Below are positions 1 to 6,358 of a stretch of DNA of 64,000 nt, one piece after another (positions within the stretch are counted from its first letter, which is position 1; each line of letters opens with the position of its first letter). The notes beneath the pieces were generated by a model. It was given only the letters and a program-made list of their open reading frames with translations. It was not told the origin of the DNA and made no database searches. Made by a program: the position numbers and the translations under genes. The stretch is from an uncultured Clostridia bacterium (GTDB lineage Bacteria > Bacillota > Clostridia > TANB77 > CAG-508), in contig CAQUBD010000005.1 in NCBI GenBank assembly GCA_948891265.1, forward strand, positions 6,725 through 70,724, written 5' to 3'.

Positions 1-356
1 AAATTAGAATGATGTTCCATTATTGAAATTACAACTTCATCGTCTTTTTTTAGATTTTCCATTCCATAAGAATATGCAATTAAATTTAAGCTTTCTGTTG
101 CATTTTTTGAAAATATAATTTCTTCTCTATGTTTTGCATTTATGAATTTTGCAATTTTCGTCCTTGTATTTTCATAAATTTCAGTTGCTTCCATGCTTAA
201 AGAATATGCTCCCCTATGTGGATTTGCATTATATTTTTTATAAAATTCTTCTACCGCATTTATTACTTGTACTGGTTTTTGTGTTGTCGCTCCACTGTCT
301 AAATATGTTATTTTGTTATTTTCAAAAAGTGGAAAGTCTTTTTTTAAATGTACCAT
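1..356 (-). CDS. sufS: cysteine desulfurase SufS, 5' part (gene continues past the left edge)
   Basis: Hand translation of the minus strand from ATG at 356: MVHLKKDFPLFENNKITYLDSGATTQKPVQVINAVEEFYKKYNANPHRGAYSLSMEATEIYE..., a typical SufS N-terminus. It lies downstream of sufCBD. It is absent from the ORF track because there is no stop in the window. Confidence 0.8.
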   Translation of the reverse strand, partial: MVHLKKDFPLFENNKITYLDSGATTQKPVQVINAVEEFYKKYNANPHRGAYSLSMEATEIYENTRTKIAKFINAKHREEIIFSKNATESLNLIAYSYGMENLKKDDEVVISIMEHHSN

Positions 357-470
357 TTCTAATTTTCCTTTCTTTATATTTGGTATTATACTAAGTTTAT
401 TTCTACCTTTAATTTAATGGGTATTTCTTTTATTTTATTAATCATAGTTCCATGTTTTTTGCTACTTCTA

Positions 471-499
471 TTGATTTTATGTTAAATTGTTGTTATAAT
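471..499 (+). promoter_or_regulatory. sigma-A type promoter of small ORF 567-740
   Basis: TTGATT (471-476), 17-nt spacer, TATAAT (494-499) with TGn extended -10. The module is nearly the same as at 4104-4133. Confidence 0.5.
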
Positions 500-566
500 A
501 TATCCAACTTATTGTTTTAAAACATAGATTTTATATGTTTTCCACCCTTATTTAGGAGGTATCTTT

Positions 567-740
567 ATGAAAAACGTCATTGACATCATTATGATTATTT
601 TATGTATTGCTGGAATTGCCCTTCCGATTTTTGTGGCTATTTATTTCTCAATTCAAGAAGGGGTTGGTACTGCTATAATGTTTGGAGTTTGGTTATATGC
701 ACTTGATGCTATTATCAAGTACGTAGAAAAGAAAAAATAA
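567..740 (+). CDS. small hydrophobic protein, 57 aa (MKNVIDIIMIILCIAGIALPIFVAIYFSIQEGVGTAIMFGVWLYALDAIIKYVEKKK)
   Basis: AGGAGG 7 nt upstream of the ATG, its own promoter and a terminator hairpin. Antisense to the suf genes. Below the ORF-track size cut-off. Confidence 0.45.
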   Translation: MKNVIDIIMIILCIAGIALPIFVAIYFSIQEGVGTAIMFGVWLYALDAIIKYVEKKK

Positions 741-755
741 CTAAAACCTCCATAG

Positions 756-780
756 AAAAGCCTCCTATAGGAGGCTTTTC
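756..780. terminator. hairpin GAAAAGCCTCC-TATA-GGAGGCTTTTC, bidirectional
   Basis: Perfect 11-bp stem flanked by an A-run and a T-run, between the small ORF and the sufD stop. Confidence 0.6.
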
Positions 781-1838
781 TAATCTAACCTACTATCGAT
801 TTCACTCAAAATTTCTTCCTTTATCTCTTCATCTTTTATATTTTCTAATATTTTATTAAATCTAGCTCTAACCATTAATTTCATAGCTTCTTTAAGTTCA
901 AAACCTCTACTCATAATATAGAATAACTCTTTTTCTCCAATCTTTCCTGCTGAACTACTATGGTTTCCTTCAACATCTTCTTCAGAACACAATAGCATTG
1001 GTAATGCAAGTGACCTCGCAGTATCTGATAATAGCATACATGCTTCATTTTCGTTTCCTTTTGCTTTTTTGCAACCTTTTTTGAAATCAATTGTTCCTTT
1101 AAACTGTTTTTTTGCTTTATCTTTTAAAGCTCCTTGAACTTCTATATCAATATTTGATTTTTCTCCTCTTAATTCTCCTATATAATTTAAATCAAATACT
1201 TGATCTTCTTTTCCTAAATAAATTGTATCTAAAATATTTTCAGACTTTTCTCCGATTAGATTTGAATAATAATTTGTAATGCTATTTTTTCCACCAAAAT
1301 CTATAATTGTATATTTTACTTTTGCATTATTTTCTAAATTATTTTCAACACTTATAAAGTTATTTGATTTTGAATTCATAAAATTCACAATTATTATATT
1401 TAATTCTGAACTTTTTCTAGCTAATACTCTTATAATTCCATTATGATAAGCTTCTACATTTTCATCACTTAAATATTTTATTATGATTGTTGATTTAGAA
1501 TTTACATTTGCAACAATCTCTATATCTTCTACTAATTCTGCATTTTCTTCATCAAGCTTGAATTCAATTATTGAAGATTGATTTTTCTTATCTAAAATTT
1601 CTAATTTTATTTTTTTATTTGCTTGTTTTTTCACTTGTTCTGTAAAGTGTTTGCTTAGCCCATATGTTAATTTTATATTGCTTGTATTATCGTCTATTTT
1701 TAGATTTTCTCCTGTTATTGTCATGTTTTCAAATGATTTTATGTTTTGTGGAATTTCAATATTTTCTAATTTTATATTATTTATATTGAAATTTTTTGAA
1801 GTTCTAACAGGTGTTTCATTTAATTTTAAATTATTCAT
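780..1838 (-). CDS. sufD: Fe-S cluster assembly protein SufD
   Basis: 352-aa ORF with a SufB/D-type C-terminus (EGNHSSSAGKIGEKELFYIMSRGF) and its position after sufB. Confidence 0.85.
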   Translation of the reverse strand: MNNLKLNETPVRTSKNFNINNIKLENIEIPQNIKSFENMTITGENLKIDDNTSNIKLTYGLSKHFTEQVKKQANKKIKLEILDKKNQSSIIEFKLDEENAELVEDIEIVANVNSKSTIIIKYLSDENVEAYHNGIIRVLARKSSELNIIIVNFMNSKSNNFISVENNLENNAKVKYTIIDFGGKNSITNYYSNLIGEKSENILDTIYLGKEDQVFDLNYIGELRGEKSNIDIEVQGALKDKAKKQFKGTIDFKKGCKKAKGNENEACMLLSDTARSLALPMLLCSEEDVEGNHSSSAGKIGEKELFYIMSRGFELKEAMKLMVRARFNKILENIKDEEIKEEILSEIDSRLD

Positions 1839-1921
1839 TGCATTTTCCTTTCAAATTTGCTTTCTATATTAATTTATGTTACAATAATACTTGTTTTTAT
1901 ATACTAAAAGGAGGTCAAATT

Positions 1922-2110
1922 ATGAAGTCATTGTTAATAGTATCATTTACAATATTTTGCGTTCTTAGTTGTACTATGGTTATCGTTTCATATGTTCCTC
2001 TTATACTTAACATCAATAAGAGGTATTCTCGGTTTCTAACAGTATTATTTGTTATTCTTATAATAGGATTAACAATATTTTCATGGACTTCAGTAATAAC
2101 ATCCTTGTAA
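1922..2110 (+). CDS. small hydrophobic protein, 62 aa (MKSLLIVSFTIFCVLSCTMVIVSYVPLILNINKRYSRFLTV...)
   Basis: AAAGGAGG RBS before the internal ATG of track ORF 1811-2110, and TGTTACAAT extended -10 at 1877-1885. Contains an in-frame CGG at 2030-2032. Confidence 0.4.
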   Translation: MKSLLIVSFTIFCVLSCTMVIVSYVPLILNINKRYSRFLTVLFVILIIGLTIFSWTSVITSL

Positions 2111-2166
2111 CTTTATGGCCTTCATTAATTTGAGGGTCATATTTTATTGTCTTTTCCTAATTTTCT

Positions 2167-3567
2167 TTAACCTATTGCTCCATCTAGCTCTAAATTAATC
2201 AAATTATTCATCTCTACCGCATATTCCACTGGTAATTCTTTAGCAATTGGATGTGCAAAACCTCTAACAATCATTGCTTTAGCATCTTCTTCTGATAAAC
2301 CTCTACTCATTAAATAAAATATTGTTTTATCACTTATCTTTCCAATTTTAGCTTCATGTGAGAATTCAACTTCATCTGTTCTAATATCATTTGTTGGTAT
2401 TGTATCTGAAATTGAAATATCATCTAACATAAGTGATTCACATGATACTGATGATTTAGAATTTTTAGCATTTTCATTTATCCTTACTAAACTTCTATAA
2501 GTACACTTACCGCCATTTTTTGATATTGATTTTGCATTTACAACACTTGATGTATTTGGTTCGTTATGAACTACTTTAAATCCATTATCTAAATTTTGTC
2601 CGCCACCTGCAAATGAGATTCCTGTATATTCTGTTTTCGCTCCTTCTCCATTTAATATACTCATCGGATATAACATTGAAATTTTAGATCCAAATGATCC
2701 TGATACCCAATCCATTTTTGCATTTTTTCCTACTATTGCTTTTTTAGTATTTAAATTAAGCATATTTTTTGACCAGTTTTCAATTGTTGAATATCTTAAA
2801 TATGCGTTATCTTTTACATATAATTCAACACATCCAGCATGAAGATTTACTTTATTGTATTTTGGTGCTGAACATCCTTCTATAAAGTGTAGACTTGCTC
2901 CTTCATCAACTATTATTAATGTGTGTTCAAATTGTCCTGATTCTGGTGAGTTTAATCTAAAATATGATTGCAAAGGTATATCTACTTTCACTCCTTTTGG
3001 TACATATACAAATGAACCTCCTGACCACACTGCTCCATGTAATGCTACAAATTTATGGTCATGTACTGGTACACATTTCATAAAATGTTCTTTTACTAAG
3101 TCTGGATATTCTCTTACTGCTGTTTCCATATCTGTATAAATAACGCCTTGTTTTATTAAGTCTTCTTTCATACTATGGTAAACAACTTCTGAGTCATATT
3201 GTGCTCCCACTCCTGCTAATGATGCTTTTTCTGCTTCTGGTATTCCTAGTTTGTTGAATGTATTTTTTATATCGTCTGGTACATCTTCCCACGAATTTGA
3301 AAGTCCTGTTTTTGGCTTTACATATGTTGCTATTTCTTCCATGTTTAGTTCTGATAGGTCTGGTCCCCATGTTGGAAGTTCTAGTTTGTTATATACTTCT
3401 AATGCTTTTAGTCTGAATTCTGCCATCCAGTCTGGATCGTTTTTTTGTTTTGATATTTCTTTTATTATTTCTGATGTTATTCCTTTTTTTATTTTGAAGT
3501 CGTATTCGTCTTTATTTTTTATGTCATATATATTTCTATTAATTTCGTCTATATTTGTTTTTGGCAT
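2167..3567 (-). CDS. sufB: Fe-S cluster assembly protein SufB
   Basis: 466 aa, strongly SufB-like throughout (FEHTLIIVDEGASLHFIEGCSAP..., FYLMSRGLSEEDA). Confidence 0.95.
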   Translation of the reverse strand: MPKTNIDEINRNIYDIKNKDEYDFKIKKGITSEIIKEISKQKNDPDWMAEFRLKALEVYNKLELPTWGPDLSELNMEEIATYVKPKTGLSNSWEDVPDDIKNTFNKLGIPEAEKASLAGVGAQYDSEVVYHSMKEDLIKQGVIYTDMETAVREYPDLVKEHFMKCVPVHDHKFVALHGAVWSGGSFVYVPKGVKVDIPLQSYFRLNSPESGQFEHTLIIVDEGASLHFIEGCSAPKYNKVNLHAGCVELYVKDNAYLRYSTIENWSKNMLNLNTKKAIVGKNAKMDWVSGSFGSKISMLYPMSILNGEGAKTEYTGISFAGGGQNLDNGFKVVHNEPNTSSVVNAKSISKNGGKCTYRSLVRINENAKNSKSSVSCESLMLDDISISDTIPTNDIRTDEVEFSHEAKIGKISDKTIFYLMSRGLSEEDAKAMIVRGFAHPIAKELPVEYAVEMNNLINLELDGAIG

Positions 3568-3651
3568 TTTAATATTCCTTTCTAAAACCTGACATTTTAT
3601 GTCAATTATGTTATATTATGAATTATAATAATAGAAAGAGAGGTCCTCTAT

Positions 3652-3819
3652 ATGAAAAATTTCTTACAACATACTACTCGACATCTTTTTTGTTTTTGCT
3701 TTGGCTTGGGCATTGGATTAATTGGTTTCGGATGTGAACCAAATTTTATGGTTGCTTTGGGCACCATGTTTACTACCATTTCTATTGCTGAGGGCATATG
3801 TTATATTATAACCGATTAA
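3652..3819 (+). CDS. small hydrophobic Cys/Gly-rich protein, 55 aa (MKNFLQHTTRHLFCFCFGLGIGLIGFGCEPNFMVALGTMFTTISIAEGICYIITD)
   Basis: GAGAGG RBS, promoter-like CTGACA-17-TATATT at 3589-3617, terminator at 3851-3880. Confidence 0.4.
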   Translation: MKNFLQHTTRHLFCFCFGLGIGLIGFGCEPNFMVALGTMFTTISIAEGICYIITD

Positions 3820-3850
3820 CAATTTCCTAGTCTAATTCCATCTCTCTTCA

Positions 3851-3880
3851 TCCTGCTAAAGATATTTTAGCAGGATTTTT
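3851..3880 (+). terminator. rho-independent terminator (CCTGCTAAA...TTTAGCAGG + T-run)
   Basis: Perfect 9-bp stem followed by TTTTTT. Confidence 0.6.
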
Positions 3881-4058
3881 TATATTATAGGAAAGTTCTA
3901 TTTATGCATAAATGTTTAATTATATCTTCTATAAACTTTCCTATAATATAAATACATTTCACAGAAAAATTGCTGAGCAATTTTTCGCGGGCAAACAAAG
4001 ACGAGGCATGAAAAGTAATTTAAAAGATCAGAAAATTTTAATCATGCCTCTTTTGTTC
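3881..4058 (+). repeat. three-hairpin intergenic element, copy 1 (family B)
   Basis: Near-identical to 62758-62935 (reverse complement) and to 57322-57427 (partial); a diverged copy is at 36548-36685. Confidence 0.85.
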
Positions 4059-4103
4059 TTTGTGCTTCACATATGCATTTTAAACTTATTCCATTTTTAT
4101 AAT

Positions 4104-4133
4104 TTGACTTTTATGTTAATTGCATGTTATAAT
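4104..4133 (+). promoter_or_regulatory. sigma-A type promoter of small ORF 4167-4307
   Basis: TTGACT, 18-nt spacer, TATAAT preceded by TGT (extended -10). Confidence 0.5.
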
Positions 4134-4166
4134 CTTATTATATAATATTGAAAGGAGAATCTCTAT

Positions 4167-4307
4167 ATGGAAAAAGCTATTGAATCTATTTTGCGGATAT
4201 TGATGAGTTTCTATGGAGCATGTTTAATTTTATTTGGAGTATTTGGCATAATATTGATTAACTTAATAATCATATGTATCATAATATTAATAAAAAAGAA
4301 ACTTTAA
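4167..4307 (+). CDS. small hydrophobic protein, 46 aa (MEKAIESILRILMSFYGACLILFGVFGIILINLIIICIIILIKKKL)
   Basis: AAAGGAGA RBS, promoter, downstream hairpin CCAACTTC...GAAGTTGG + T-run. In-frame CGG at 4194-4196. Confidence 0.4.
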   Translation: MEKAIESILRILMSFYGACLILFGVFGIILINLIIICIIILIKKKL

Positions 4308-4357
4308 TTTCTCCTCCAACTTCTCTCATCTATATTGACTGAAGTTGGTTTTCTTTT

Positions 4358-5095
4358 TTATTTATATTGACTATATCCATTTTCTTCTATTTCTTTTGCC
4401 AATTCTTGACTTCCAGTTTTGACAATTTTTCCATTAATCAAAACATGTACATAATCTGGCTTTAAACTATGTAAAATCTTTGTATTATGAGTAATAATAA
4501 GAACTGCATTATTCTCATTTTTAAACATTTCAATTCCTTTAGAAACAGTCTTAATTGCATCTACATCAAGTCCTGAATCTGTTTCATCTAAAATTGCTAG
4601 CTTTGGATTTAATACAAGCATTTGAAGAATTTCATTTTTCTTTTTTTCTCCTCCTGAGAATCCAACATTTAGGCTTCTTTCCATATTATTTGAATTCATA
4701 TTTAGCTCATTCATATATTTTTTTAGTTCGTCTTTAAATTCAAAAATTTTAACAGGTTTTCCTGTAATCTTATTTTTAGCATATTTTAAGAAGTTAGTAA
4801 CAGAAACACCTGGTATTTCCTCTGGAAGTTGAAAAGACATAAAAACTCCTTTTCTTGCAATTTCATCTGTTTTTAAATTTGTTATATCTTCTCCATCAAA
4901 CTCAATATTTCCACTTATTTTTGTATATTGTGGATTATTTAATATAGCATTTGCTGTTGTTGTTTTTCCAGAACCATTTGGTCCCATTATTACATGAATT
5001 TCTCCCTTATTTATTTTTAAATCTATCCCTTTTAATATTTCTTTTTCTTCTGCATTTACATATAAATCATTTATTTCTAATAATGTATCACTCAT
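4358..5095 (-). CDS. sufC: Fe-S cluster assembly ATPase SufC
   Basis: ABC ATPase with Walker A GPNGSGKTT and LSGGEKKK-type signature (FSGGEKKKNE). The track ORF starts at a GTG (5110); the ATG at 5095 (MSDTLLEINDLY) fits better. Confidence 0.9.
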   Translation of the reverse strand: MSDTLLEINDLYVNAEEKEILKGIDLKINKGEIHVIMGPNGSGKTTTANAILNNPQYTKISGNIEFDGEDITNLKTDEIARKGVFMSFQLPEEIPGVSVTNFLKYAKNKITGKPVKIFEFKDELKKYMNELNMNSNNMERSLNVGFSGGEKKKNEILQMLVLNPKLAILDETDSGLDVDAIKTVSKGIEMFKNENNAVLIITHNTKILHSLKPDYVHVLINGKIVKTGSQELAKEIEENGYSQYK

Positions 5096-5165
5096 AGTTT
5101 TCTCTTTCACTCCAATTCGCCTCTTTTTTTCTTATACTTATATCTTTAGAAATCTTTATTCTTTT

Positions 5166-5223
5166 AAGATGTGTCCCCAATTGGACATTTTTGTCCCATT
5201 AGGAAACGTCCCTAATGGGACAT
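5166..5223 (+). repeat. GTCCC-hairpin REP-like element, short form (family A)
   Basis: AAGATGTGTCCCCAAT...GGAAACGTCCCTAATGGGACAT. Same element at 20883-20940; long form at 57919-58035 and 60284-60400; mini form at 31804-31834. Confidence 0.85.
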
Positions 5224-5655
5224 TCTCTTAACACAAGTCCTACACCTTTCTTGATTAACATCATAGTTACAATTCAAATTACTTAATCCTAAAACCTCAT
5301 GTACATATTTAGCTAATTTATTTATAGTTTCATCTGTTATTGCCATCTTTATTTTCTCAGCTTCTTTTTCAGCTTCTTCTGGTTTTAAATTAAGCACATC
5401 TTTTAAAAATAAATATACAATATCATAAGCTTCTAATATCTTTTTAGCTAAATTCTCACCTTCTTCTGTTAGTTCAATTGTTCCATAAGATTCATAATTT
5501 AACATTCCATTATCTTTTAAATTATATATTGCTTTATTTACACTTGGCTTAGTGCAATTCATTTTTTCTGCAATATCTGTTACTCGTATTTTCCCATTTT
5601 GTTTTTTTAGTATATACATTGTTTTTAAATATTCTTCTGATGATTTTGATATCAT
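5212..5655 (-). CDS. DtxR/MntR-family metal-dependent transcriptional repressor
   Basis: MISKSSEEYLKTMYILKKQNGKIRVTDIAEKMNCTKPSVNKAIYNLKDNGML... after a GGAGA RBS; the upstream part of track ORF 5212-5769 is read-through. The last codons and the stop lie inside the family A repeat. Confidence 0.8.
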   Translation of the reverse strand: MISKSSEEYLKTMYILKKQNGKIRVTDIAEKMNCTKPSVNKAIYNLKDNGMLNYESYGTIELTEEGENLAKKILEAYDIVYLFLKDVLNLKPEEAEKEAEKIKMAITDETINKLAKYVHEVLGLSNLNCNYDVNQERCRTCVKRMSH

Positions 5656-5669
5656 AGTTTTCTCCTTTT

Positions 5670-5687
5670 TGTTAACTATGGTTAACA
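5670..5687. promoter_or_regulatory. palindrome TGTTAAC-TATG-GTTAACA, candidate operator
   Basis: Perfect 7-bp inverted repeat just upstream of the repressor gene; a second GGTTAACA half-site is near 5716. Confidence 0.3.
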
Positions 5688-5843
5688 TTATACAATATAC
5701 CAGAATGTTTGTCAAGGTTAACAATAGAAAAAACGTAAAAAAGTAGGAAAATTGTAAAAAATATTGCAAATATTAACATAATGTGGTACAATATAGTTAG
5801 AGAAACTTTTTGAAAATGCAAAATGAAATAGGAGGACAAATTT

Positions 5844-6254
5844 ATGATGACAAAAATTGTTATTCCTGAAATGGTAACCACTGCAATTGCAGAAGCTGAG
5901 ACTGAAAAGCTTCGGAACAAATGGTATGAAACTGTCAAAAAGGCTGTTGCCTACAAGCAGGCTGTAGTAGTACCTTTGGAAGGGCTTGACGAGGAAGTGG
6001 CTCAGCAGCTGAATACCAAGGACATCAAGGTCATCCCTGTAAAGACCAACAGCGACCGTTTTACCGGTTATTTCGCAATTTTTAACGGTTCTGAAATTGA
6101 CGGCCGCGAAAGCCTTGACCAGATCACGATGGAAGTTCCGGCAGGAAAAGAGGGCTTAGTCTTTGGAGCAGGCATGTGGCAGATTAAGGAATGGGTGCGA
6201 ACCTCCTGGCTCCGCAGACGCCATGTCTCAAGGATATGGGTTAAAGGAGTCTAA
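5844..6254 (+). CDS. hypothetical protein, 136 aa, compositionally alien (about twice the local G+C)
   Basis: AGGAGG RBS, TGGTACAAT extended -10 upstream, strong terminator downstream. I recognise no family. In-frame CGG at 5913-5915. Confidence 0.6.
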   Translation: MMTKIVIPEMVTTAIAEAETEKLRNKWYETVKKAVAYKQAVVVPLEGLDEEVAQQLNTKDIKVIPVKTNSDRFTGYFAIFNGSEIDGRESLDQITMEVPAGKEGLVFGAGMWQIKEWVRTSWLRRRHVSRIWVKGV

Positions 6255-6266
6255 CACATGAAAAGC

Positions 6267-6304
6267 AAAAGGCAGGTTGTAATTGAAACCTGCCTTTTTG
6301 TTTT
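6267..6304 (+). terminator. rho-independent terminator (GGCAGGTT...AACCTGCC + T-run)
   Basis: 8-bp GC-rich stem followed by TTTTTGTTTTTT. Confidence 0.7.
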
Positions 6305-6358
6305 TTCAAATTATAATGATCTTTTTAATTTTATAGAAATTCCATTTATTTGTTTATT

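Noticed and set aside
149-394. Plus-strand ORF of 81 aa
   Set aside because: It lies antisense within the sufS coding region, has a low-complexity Leu/Phe-rich translation and no RBS.
5672-5938. Minus-strand 88-aa ORF and the N-terminal extension of the DtxR-like ORF
   Set aside because: Both cover the divergent promoter region. The repressor has a clear RBS and family-typical start at 5655.
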